In this document: positions 7,699 to 18,100 of the stretch, one piece after another
How the letters are laid out: each line of letters begins with the position of its first letter
Numbering within the stretch: the first letter of the stretch is position 1
NCBI GenBank assembly: GCA_014382495.1
Contig: JACNJR010000041.1
Location: 1 to 39,003, forward strand
DNA length: 39,003 bases
Direction of reading: 5' to 3'
Source: Candidatus Cloacimonadota bacterium
GTDB taxonomy: Bacteria > Cloacimonadota > Cloacimonadia > JGIOTU-2
The notes under the pieces: generated by a model
Databases searched by the model: none
What the model saw: only the letters and a program-made list of their open reading frames with translations
What the model was told of the DNA's origin: nothing
Program-made: the position numbers and the translations under genes

Positions 7699-9494
7699 AG
7701 AAAATCCAAAATCTTTCGTGCTAATTTTTTATTAATTCCAGAAATTGAAATTAGTTCAGAAATTTTTGCATTTGCAATATTTTTTACAGATTTGAAATGT
7801 TTGAGAAGTTCGTTTTTTCGTGCTTCCCCTATTCCTGAAATTTTATCTAATTTAGAAAATTTTGTCTTTTTATCTCTCAAATTTTTATGATATTTGATTG
7901 CAAATCTATGCGCTTCATTCCTAATTTGCTGAAGTAATTTCAGAGCATAAGAGGTTTTCGGAATGATGATTGGCTCCTTTTGACTCACAGAAAAAATCTG
8001 CTCTAATTTTTTAGCAATTGAAAAGAGTTCAATTTTGTATGAATATTTTTCAAGTGCTTTCTCGGCGAAAGTGAGTTGTCCTTTTCCGCCATCAACAATA
8101 ATCAAATCGGGAATTTCCGTCTGCTCTTCATCAAGATGAGAAAGATAACGAGTCATTGCTTCTTCGAGCATTAGATAGTCATTTATTCCTTCAACGGTTT
8201 TAATTTTGAATCGGCGATATTGGCTCTTTTTCGGTTTGCCATTATCAAAAAAAACCATTGAAGCAACTGCTTCGTTTCCTTGCAAATTAGAGACATCGAA
8301 AGCTACGATTTTTCTGGGAAGTTTCGATAATCGCAATTTGTCTTTCAATTCTTTTACGGCAAAAACTGTTTTATGCGATGATTTCAGATAGGATAATTTT
8401 TTTTCTTCAACCAAAAGAGAAGCGTTCTGCTTCGCCATTTCGAGCAATTTCTTCTTGTCACCTTTTTGTGGAATGAAAATTTTCACATAAAGCCATTCTG
8501 AAATAATTTCATTGTTTCTCGGTAATTTTTGAAGTAAAATTTTTTGTGGAATATCTTCTTGATGAGAATAATATTGAGCCAAAAACTGAGACAAAATTTT
8601 AGGAATTTTTTCCTTGAAAGTATTATCCAAAAAATAATGTTCTCGCTTTATTAGTTTGCCTTCGCGAATCTTCATCACCACAGAACAGCAGAGATTTTCA
8701 TCTTGTGAAATTCCTATTATATCTAAATTTTCCTTGCTGATTTTGCTCACGATTTGCCTTGTAGAAATGCTTTTGATTTTTCTGATTTGGTCACGAAATT
8801 CAGCAGCTTTTTCAAACAGATTTTCCCCAGCAGCTTTTTCCATCTCTTCCTGAAGTATTTCTATAACTAAATTTGTTTGCCCTTTTAGAAATAGAATTAC
8901 CTGCTCTATTTTCTTTTTGTATTCATCAAAATCAATTTTTCCGATACACGGCGCATCACATTTATGAATCTGAAAATTCAAGCAGGGCTTTTCATATGAG
9001 GAATTTGTTTTTGGTATTTTTTTGTTGCAAGTCCGCAGCCGAAATATCTTTTGCAAAATGTGTAGCGTGTGGCGGATGGAACTCGATTTTGTATAAGGGC
9101 CGAAGTATTTTGCACCGTTTTGTGCGATATTGCGAGTAATAATAGCTCGCGGGAAATTGCTCTTTACATCAATTTCGATATACGGATATTTTTCGCTATC
9201 TTTCAGCGCAATGTTATATTTTGGACGATATTTTTTTATCAGATTTGCTTCCAAAATCAGTGCATCCAATTCGGTTCTTGTAACAATATATTCAAAATTT
9301 GTAATATTTGCGACAAGGATTTCTGTTTTTGGTTGGTCAAAATTTTTCTTTGTAAAATATGATGAGATTCTTCTTTTCAAATTCTTTGCTTTGCCGATGT
9401 ATATTATCTTTCCATTGGAATTTTTCATTAAATATACGCCGAAATTTGGCGGAGTAAGTTTTAATTTCTCTGCAATATTCTGATTTTTATTCAT
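7680..9494 (-). CDS. uvrC: Excinuclease ABC subunit C
   Basis: GIY-YIG domain (GVYLMK..IIYIGKAKNLKRRISSYF), Cys-rich CLNFQIHKCDAPC, UVR domain, RNase H-like domain (FDVSN, DLIIVDGGKGQL, IRNEAHRFA), HhH. The start was moved from 9560 to the ATG at 9494 to avoid overlap with murJ. Confidence 0.96.
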   Translation of the reverse strand: MNKNQNIAEKLKLTPPNFGVYLMKNSNGKIIYIGKAKNLKRRISSYFTKKNFDQPKTEILVANITNFEYIVTRTELDALILEANLIKKYRPKYNIALKDSEKYPYIEIDVKSNFPRAIITRNIAQNGAKYFGPYTKSSSIRHTLHILQKIFRLRTCNKKIPKTNSSYEKPCLNFQIHKCDAPCIGKIDFDEYKKKIEQVILFLKGQTNLVIEILQEEMEKAAGENLFEKAAEFRDQIRKIKSISTRQIVSKISKENLDIIGISQDENLCCSVVMKIREGKLIKREHYFLDNTFKEKIPKILSQFLAQYYSHQEDIPQKILLQKLPRNNEIISEWLYVKIFIPQKGDKKKLLEMAKQNASLLVEEKKLSYLKSSHKTVFAVKELKDKLRLSKLPRKIVAFDVSNLQGNEAVASMVFFDNGKPKKSQYRRFKIKTVEGINDYLMLEEAMTRYLSHLDEEQTEIPDLIIVDGGKGQLTFAEKALEKYSYKIELFSIAKKLEQIFSVSQKEPIIIPKTSYALKLLQQIRNEAHRFAIKYHKNLRDKKTKFSKLDKISGIGEARKNELLKHFKSVKNIANAKISELISISGINKKLARKILDFLNKNGQ

Positions 9495-9537
9495 ATTTTT
9501 CTTGAAAATTTTGATGTTTAAATCGTAAAAAATGGAA

Positions 9538-11106
9538 TTATTTTCTTCTGAAAATATCAAATAACATTTGAGAAGATTTTACTTTGAGAAATTTCAAACC
9601 GGAAAAGTAAATCAGAGACGAAATTATCATAATAACTAAGATTTTCAGAAACAGCAGAATTCGCCAATTTAGCATTGATGTAATTGTGATTTGATTAAGA
9701 TAAAAACAGACAAATCCGAGTAAAATAGAGATTATACATATCTTCAAAAAATTAGATAATATATTTGAGAAATTGATTTTTCCGATATTTTTTTGCAAAA
9801 CAAAGAATAGAATAAATGCTTGAATTGTTGCGGAGATCGAGGTTGCAAGTGCAAGTCCTTTCAACTTAATAAAATGCATCAGAATAATGTTGAGAATAAT
9901 ATTGCAGACAACAGTAATAGCAGCAATTTTCATTGGAGTTTTGGTATTTTTCAGAGCAAAAAACGCTGATGCAAAAATTCTTACAGAACTATGCGAAACA
10001 AGTCCAATAGAATAAAATAGTAATGCAGCAAATGTCATGGGGAGCGCATTTTTTTCGTCAAATGCTCCGTGAAGATAAATAAGCGAAATCATATCTCTGC
10101 CCATCACAAGAATGATAGCAATTATTGGAAGCATTATAATGAGAATCAGATTAAACGCATCTTTTAAAGATTTTTTCAGTTTGTCTGTCTGATTGTTTGC
10201 AATGTATCTGGAAAAGAGTGGCAGAAGAGCAGTCCCAATTGCAATTCCAAAAACGCCTAATGGGAGCTGCATCAAACGATTTCCATATTGTAAAGCGGCA
10301 ACGCTTCCAACTGCCAACACCGAAGCGAGAATTGTGTCTACGACCACATTTATTTCTCGAATTCCAATTCCAACTATTCCAGGAATCATCCTTTGCCAGA
10401 CCTGTTTTATCTCTTTTTGTTTTAGATTAATGCGAAATTTAAATTTGTATCCAATTTTTCTCAATAAAGGCAAATTGACAGATAATTGGCAAATCCCGCC
10501 AAATAAAACTCCAGCGGCAAGAATGAATGCTTTCTCTTCGATTGATGATTCTTTCAAAGTAGTATAAATAATTGCAGGAATGATAATTCCGAGATTGAAC
10601 ATCATCGGTGAAAGCGATGGCAAAAAGAAAATCGAATGAGCGTTCAGAATGGCGATGACGACAGATGTAAGTCCAATTAAAAATAGATATGGAAAAAGAG
10701 TTTGCGTAAGTTGACTTGTTAGAGATTGGAATTCTAGTGCAAAACCTGGTGCGATGAGTTTTACTATAATTGGTGCGAGAACAATTCCAATTCCGACAAG
10801 AATTATTAGCAAAATGATTAAAATCGAAAGAATATTTAGAGCAAATTGGATTGTTTCTGCTTTGGATTTTTTCTCTTTGAATTCGGTATAAAGTGGAATA
10901 AAAGCTGCGGAGAGAGCACCTTCGCCAAAAAGTCCTCTGAGCATATTTGGAATTACAAACGCCACTCCAAAACTATCAGCGACAGAAGTTGCTCCCAAAA
11001 AATGAGTTAAAACAATATCGCGAGCAAGTCCGGAAATTCGACTTAGAAATGTTCCGCTTGAAATTTTCCCAACATTTTTTGCTAAATTGTCACTTTTCTT
11101 TTTCAT
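9538..11106 (-). CDS. murJ: Lipid II flippase MurJ (MviN)
   Basis: SRISGLARD, ADSFGVAFVIPNMLRGLFGEGALSAAFIP, RLMQLPLGVFGIAIGTALLP, KNTKTPM, GLALATSIS. Confidence 0.96.
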   Translation of the reverse strand: MKKKSDNLAKNVGKISSGTFLSRISGLARDIVLTHFLGATSVADSFGVAFVIPNMLRGLFGEGALSAAFIPLYTEFKEKKSKAETIQFALNILSILIILLIILVGIGIVLAPIIVKLIAPGFALEFQSLTSQLTQTLFPYLFLIGLTSVVIAILNAHSIFFLPSLSPMMFNLGIIIPAIIYTTLKESSIEEKAFILAAGVLFGGICQLSVNLPLLRKIGYKFKFRINLKQKEIKQVWQRMIPGIVGIGIREINVVVDTILASVLAVGSVAALQYGNRLMQLPLGVFGIAIGTALLPLFSRYIANNQTDKLKKSLKDAFNLILIIMLPIIAIILVMGRDMISLIYLHGAFDEKNALPMTFAALLFYSIGLVSHSSVRIFASAFFALKNTKTPMKIAAITVVCNIILNIILMHFIKLKGLALATSISATIQAFILFFVLQKNIGKINFSNILSNFLKICIISILLGFVCFYLNQITITSMLNWRILLFLKILVIMIISSLIYFSGLKFLKVKSSQMLFDIFRRK

Positions 11107-11157
11107 TTTATGTCAGCGGCAAATTCTTTGGACAAAAAATTGTTTTTTGAAAAAAAA

Positions 11158-12135
11158 TTAATGTAAAATGTCAAAAGAGATTCTTAGTATATTATGAGTT
11201 TCTTGAATCTGATATGCGATATCAAAATTAAAAGTTGTATCTCGCCAGATTTTGAGCAGTTCAAAACCAATTCCAAAACTGAATCTTCTGTTTTCGCCAG
11301 TGAATAATTCCTGCGAATATCCTGCTCGTAATGCCAACAATTTGTTGAAAAATTTCGTTTCAATTCCTGTTTTTATTTCGTCTTCACAATCGCTTGATAA
11401 CGCTTTGTCATAATCCATAGAAAAGGTGAATTTGTCGTTTTCAAAAGCATAACCGAAAATAAGGTCAACTGCTCGCGACTCGGAATATTCTCCTTTTGCT
11501 GTTCCCACATCATTCTTAGAATTCCAAAGAATATTATTTATCGGATTACGCCACATTAATCCGAATTTATCATTTTCAGAAATCATAAATTGCAATCCAA
11601 AATCAATTCCAAAACCACTTGCTGAACCAGAAATCTGGTGTTCGCCATCGCCATCAATGTATGAACCATCGTTATTATTCCCAAAAGAGTGACTATAATA
11701 TTTTAGATTCATTCCAAAATTAAATCTATCTGCAAGTGAGGGCAAACGAACCAAATTATCACTTATAAATTTACCATTTATAGCAGAAGAGAGAAATAAA
11801 ACTGCTTCAGAGAAAACATCATCACCACAATATATCATTGCGATTCCAAATGATATATTCTCTTGATTTTTGTAAGAATATCCCAAAAAAGAATAATTGA
11901 CAAGGTCAAGAAGGTTTGAATTATCAAAAGTAAAAGAATGCAGATTTTGAATATTACAAAGTCCTGCTGGATTCCAAATTATACTGCTCGGTTTATCTGC
12001 CAATGCTACAAAAGCGCCGCCCATTCCCATTGGTCTCGCTCCAAATTCATAAAAATTGGGATCAATATCATCTAATTCTGCAATTAGAAAATTAACAGCA
12101 TATAAAAACAAAACGAGCAATAATATTTTTTTCAT
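11158..12135 (-). CDS. PorV/PorQ-like (UPF0164/FadL superfamily) outer-membrane beta-barrel
   Basis: Signal peptide; hallmark GARPMGMGGAFVALAD...IWNPAGL; GFGIDFG, LALRAGY, FSFGIGF, FDIAY beta-strands. Confidence 0.85.
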   Translation of the reverse strand: MKKILLLVLFLYAVNFLIAELDDIDPNFYEFGARPMGMGGAFVALADKPSSIIWNPAGLCNIQNLHSFTFDNSNLLDLVNYSFLGYSYKNQENISFGIAMIYCGDDVFSEAVLFLSSAINGKFISDNLVRLPSLADRFNFGMNLKYYSHSFGNNNDGSYIDGDGEHQISGSASGFGIDFGLQFMISENDKFGLMWRNPINNILWNSKNDVGTAKGEYSESRAVDLIFGYAFENDKFTFSMDYDKALSSDCEDEIKTGIETKFFNKLLALRAGYSQELFTGENRRFSFGIGFELLKIWRDTTFNFDIAYQIQETHNILRISFDILH

Positions 12136-12139
12136 AATT

Positions 12140-15100
12140 TTATTTTATTAAGATAATTGTTTTAACAATCTCTTCTTTATGATTTGCATCTTCGGCAATA
12201 ATCTGGATTACATATCGTCCATTTCTTGCCATTTTACCATTTTTTGTCATTCCATCCCAATTGAGTGTAAACTCTTCGCCAGCTTCATAATTTCCTTTTA
12301 GCATTGGACGATTTTCTGCAATTGTCCGAACCAAAGTTCCAGTTAATGTATAAATTTTTGCTGTGATTTTTGGATATCGGCTTATCTTCGAAGAGATTTT
12401 GAAAATTATTTGAAGTCCCATATTTTTGCCAATTTGGTCATACGGAGAAAATGGGTTGGGAAGTAATTTCAAGTCATAAATTCCGAGCTGTTTAGATTCT
12501 GCTACAACGCCATATTCACCCAAACAAGGAATTGAATCCAGCTGTAAATATTCATAATTTTTTCTATTGCCGTTTGATGATGCATCCACCCATTCTAATT
12601 TTTCAACATCCCAATAAGCGATAAAAATACCAGACAAATCAATTCCTTCGTCAAATTCAAAGATAATTCCTGGCATTTTGGCAAAATTGGCAGTAGATCT
12701 GATATCAAACACTGAAGCCATAAGCTCAGAAGTTACAGTTGTTTCTTGCATCGGAGAGACCTGAACTTTTTCCAAATAAAGTTTTGCTGATCCAGAACTA
12801 AGCATTGCTTCTGGTAAGGTCAAATTGCAACCTTCTCCGCTATACAAAGTATCAGGTGAATTGGGGAAATCTAATTTTATGTAAACTGTGATTTGTTTTT
12901 CTGCCGTTACTTCGGTTCCATCATTTGGATCAAACGCCCAAACTTCTAAATCAAATTGACCAACAAAGTTTGAGTCAGGATTATACAGAATACTTTCTTG
13001 AACTTTTTCAAGAGTTCCTATTATCGAATCAACTGGTTCAAATTCAAAAAAATCTACATACATCGACGAACCTTCTGCTGAAACTGTAAATGAACAGGAT
13101 TCGTTATTTTGGATTTCATTTGGTCCATCAATAAGCAAATTTGCCAAATGCATATCTTTTACCTGAATGTCTTCAGTTTCTAATCTAATTGTAATTTCTT
13201 TCAAAGTAACTTTTGCTTTTATTTTTCCTATTCCATTATTATCTGCTGCTTTAAATAAAATCAATCGTTTTTCATCCGGAATTTGCTCAATTTCACCAAT
13301 AGTTGAATCTGATAAACTCCAAAAAACAGAACCAGAAACGTCAACAGAATCATTCAGACAATTACCTGCATCATCCCAAAGATTCGCTTCAAATGTAGTT
13401 TCTTGATTGTAAGCAAAAAGTGCTTCATTTGGTGTTATGTTGGAATAATCGTGTGAAAGCATTCCTTCAGAAGTTAAGGTCCAAATATATGGAGAACTTT
13501 GGTTGCTGAATGTAATTCCAAGTGTATCCGATTGTGAATTAAACCAAAATGTTATATCACCAGATTTCAATTGTGGAGGAATTTTAAATATTAAAAGTGT
13601 GTCATTTTCATCTGTCATTTCAATTTCATATTCGTTATTATCAGCATCTTTGTAATGTAAAAATACTTGGTCATTATATGTGCCTTTGTGCAAAGATATT
13701 TTGATAGAATCCAAAGCTGATTGTGATACAATTTGTGATTTATCAAACTGAAGCGGCAATTGTTTCTCTTGAGAATAACATCGCAAAGTGTCCAAAGTTA
13801 AAGTATACGACAAAGGATTTATGTAATCTCCGAAAGAACCGGTAGATTTTGAAATTAAAATTGAATATTCTCTCGTATGAAGAGTGGAATCAGTAGAACA
13901 ATTTCCGGTAGAATCTGTATAAATCGTTGTGTTGAAATTTGCCGAAGTTATTTTTACTGAAACATTTTGAATTGGAGTTGAACCATCTTCGGTAATTGTA
14001 AATTCAATACTACACAAAACATAATCAAAAGTATAATCAATAGTTGTATCATCTGTTATTGAAATATTTAAAATGTCGTGTGAAAATAATTCATTATCGT
14101 ATTCGGCTTCAATTTGTAAATTGTAAATTCCATCTTCTAAATCCGTAAAAATGTATTCTCCATATTGGTTTGTCGATGTAGTATCAATTGGAAAATTTGT
14201 AGAATCTTTAAGAATAATGTTTGCAGAAGGTAATGCTTCATCTTCCATTTTAATAAATCCACTTACATTTGCCGCGTTCGGATTATAAATGAATTCATTA
14301 TATCTATAAACTGAATCTCCGATTGAAACAGAAATATCTAATTCCTGAAAATTGAAATTAATACTTTCATAAGTGGCATTTATTGATAAATCATAATTCC
14401 CATCTGATAATTCGTCAAATTCATATTGGCTTAGAGAGATTTCCTCTTCAAAATCATTTTCTGGACATTCAAGAATAATTGTGGCACTTGTTGGATGTAC
14501 GGTATTAGGATGATCTGTAGATTTATTTATTATCCATATTTCACCAGTTAGTTTTGATGGTTTGGGTTGTAAAATCAATTCAAGATAGCAATTATTTTGA
14601 TCTGAAGTTAGCTCGATTTCCGAAATTTCAGAAATATAATAATTTTCTTTTTCAGCATAGATTGAATAAATTCCAATAGAATCTACTTGAATCGAATATG
14701 ATCCTTCTGCATCCGTAGTATCCGAATATGTGTTGCCGTTTCTTTCGGCAAAAACTACAGCAGCTTGTAATGGCTCAGAATTTGTATTTTTCACTAATCC
14801 GAAAATTGTGAGTAATTTTTGAGTCAAATAAAAATCAACGGTTGATGGGTCAGAAATTCCACCAGATAATGAAACGATTGTATCAGGAATATCCTCATAT
14901 CCTAAATGTGAAACTGAGACGTGATATATTCCATCTTCCAAATTTGAAAATAAAATTGAACCATTTGATGTTGTCACCAAACTGTCGATAACCTCGTCAT
15001 TTTTAAATAATTTCACTTTTGCATTTGCTATACCGTCTTTTGACTCGTTTTCATAAACTCCGCCAGATATTGAATTCTCCAGAAAACTTAGATTAAATCT

Positions 15101-18100
15101 TGGAAGTTCGACCGTCTGTCCTTCATCAATTTCAACTTGTGGGAATGTTTCCTCAGCTGTAAATCCTTCTAAAATAATACTAATATCATAAGTTCCAGCT
15201 GTTATTCCCGGCACATCAAATTTACCATTTGAATCTGTTACATCGCTCATAACTTGACCACTCATAATATTGGATGCATAAACAATCACGCCCGCTTTGG
15301 GATTATCATTGTAATAAACTTCTCCAATAATATGTGATGCTTGCATAAGCTCAATATCGATACAAATTGGCTGACCATTTTCTATTCCTATTCCTTGAAA
15401 TTGACTCACCAAATCATCTCCAACCTCTGCCCAAATATCATAATATCCTGATAATCCAGTAATCGAAAAATCGCCGAATTCATTTGAATATGTTTCATTT
15501 GAAAAGCCATCAAGATTTTTTGCTGTGATAAGAGAAGAACCGACTTCAACTCCGTCATCATAAACTGTACCCAGAACTGAATTTGGAATCATATCAAGAG
15601 TAATTGAGACATCGGTTGAATCGGTCGTTAGCGAATCTGGATGTGAATAATCATTATATCCAAGTTTTGAGCAGGTTAAGGAATAATTGTGAAGTTCTTG
15701 TAAATTTGAGATAGAAAACACGCCTGCAGCGGAAGTAGTATCAATAAATTCTTCATCATTGTGACATAAAGTAACAATTACATTTTTCAAAAATGTTTCC
15801 TCAGAATTTTTTACAATTCCCGAGATGGAACCTAATTCCGGTTCAAGCTGGAAATTGTAATTTAGTATTTCAAAATCTTCCAAATCGAGCATTTCACTTT
15901 GTGCAACATATCCTGGACGAGTTGCTGATAATTCGTAATTTTCCTCATAAAGATAAGAAAACTCATAATTCCCATTTTCAGAAGTTATGAAATTTTGGAT
16001 TTCATCACCAAAAGCCAAAACAACTTCAGCATTTGAAATTGGATTTGAAGTAGTATCTTCAATAATTCCAGATATTTTTGCAGAATGAATGTCGATTACC
16101 AAATTAATATTTGTGATATTTTCGGTTTCAACAGAAATCAATGTGTCGGCATTGTCATAATCATCTGATGGAAGGTTTGAACCAATTGTCGTGGTTGTAT
16201 ATGGGTTGACATTTTCAAATATAAAAAGTCCACCGCTGTCTGTCGTATCACTCAATAATTGCTCCTGATTAAATAGGTTTATGGAAGTGGAATCAATTGG
16301 TCTGTTATCCGTGTCGATCAAATAACCGGAGATGTCTATAGAGTCTGTATATGTAAGATCAATGTTTTGAGTTGTTTCTGACCTGTGTGCCACATATACA
16401 CTATCAATAATTTTTGTCTCATACGATTGTTTGGATATGGTAAAATCGTAATTCCCTTCATATAAAAATTTGATCGAATATGTTCCGTCAGGTTGGGATG
16501 TTCCGGAATAGGTGTTACCATTTTCGGCTTGAATGGTTATCATTGCACCCTGAACCGGATCCCCGGTAACATCGTTTGTAACGGTTCCCACAAATTCCGA
16601 GGTGTGGAGAGACATTGTCAGGCTGTTTGGCATAGAATTAACGGGATCATCTTCAATTGTAAATACGGTATCAGTATTTTCCCAACCTTGTTGGTATTTA
16701 TCGGTTGCAACCGTATAAGTTTCATAAGGGGCTAATTCCTGAAGAGAAAACTGTCCGTCAGAATTTGTGATTCCCGCACTTGATGCAGTTGGTGAAGTTG
16801 CAGTTACATCTACATTTTCCAGAGTATTTCCCTCTTGATCAACCACAACACCGGTTATTGATTTGTTATTAGGAATCATTATTAATGTTGTATCATAACT
16901 TGCTTGATAAAGAGGTATTGTGTCCGGCTGAACATCTGTGTAATCTTCCAAAGAAAGAGTTATCACATAATCTCGATTTGGATTTAGATTCTGCAATGTG
17001 AAATTTCCTACCGGATCCGTTGTAGTATTTCCAGAAAATCCATCTAAACTAACTGCACAAACTTCCACATTTCCCAATCCAATACTTTCATCATCAATTA
17101 CCTTACCAGTAATAGACGCATTTGTAAGTTCCATTGTGAATTTTAATGTGAGTGTTTCATTTGGTTCAATTGTTATTAAAGTATCATCACAAACATAGTT
17201 CGTTTTGCTCGCAGAGATATTGTATTCAACATATCCTGCCAGTCCAGTTAATTGACAAAATCCATCAGAATTTGTCACATCGGAAGTAATCACGCCGGTT
17301 AAATCGTTTTCTGCAGAAATTGTTACATTGCTCAATGGATTTGAGTTTTGATTTACTACTTCGACTTTAAGGGTTGAAGTTAGAGAAGTTAATTCGGCAT
17401 TTTTGGTAATTGTTGCTCCAGCTGGAATTACAATATTAGTTAAAATTTCTATTTCGTAATTTTCTTTTGTAATAGTAATTGTGTAATAAAAACCTGGTAA
17501 AATATTTTCCAAAATATAAAATCCTGATGAATTGCTGTAGGTTGCTCCTCCGCCACCAGAAGATAGATTTGCTGAGATAAATGCATTTTCTATCGAATTT
17601 CCAATTGTAGCATCTGTTATGGTTCCTTGAATTGTGCTGAAATTTTCTTCCAAAAATAATGTTGTGTCAATCGTTGAACCAGGATTTATCTCCAAATTAA
17701 TTGTGTTTTGCAAATATCCATTCTTATATGCAGTAATCTCATACTCACCTTGGCTAATTCCAAGAGTAAATTCGCCATTGGAAGCAGAAGTGGTCTGAAA
17801 TGTATTAGTATCTTGCACAGCTTGAATTGTTACTTGTCCTAAAGGATATAGATTGCCTTCATAATCATAGGATTTCACATAACCATTTACAGATGAAGAA
17901 AGTGCAGAAAGGGTTAATTCGGTTGAGAAGGATTGTTCAAGTTCTAAGGGTACTTCGGTTGTTGCTTCGTCAGATGAATATCCTGTTTTACTTCCAATAA
18001 TGTTATATTCTACCAATGGTGTTACAATTAAAGAAAAATTTCCATAAACGCCACTAACTGTAGAATAAGAATTTTCAGGATTGTTAACTTCCTCAATATC

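Noticed and set aside
8247-8254. A/T homopolymer runs of 8-9 nt here and elsewhere as phase-variation sites
   Set aside because: Expected at this AT content; the reading frames are intact.
9495-9560. Extended uvrC N-terminus from the ORF track
   Set aside because: Overlaps the murJ 3' end; UvrC similarity begins only after the ATG at 9494.
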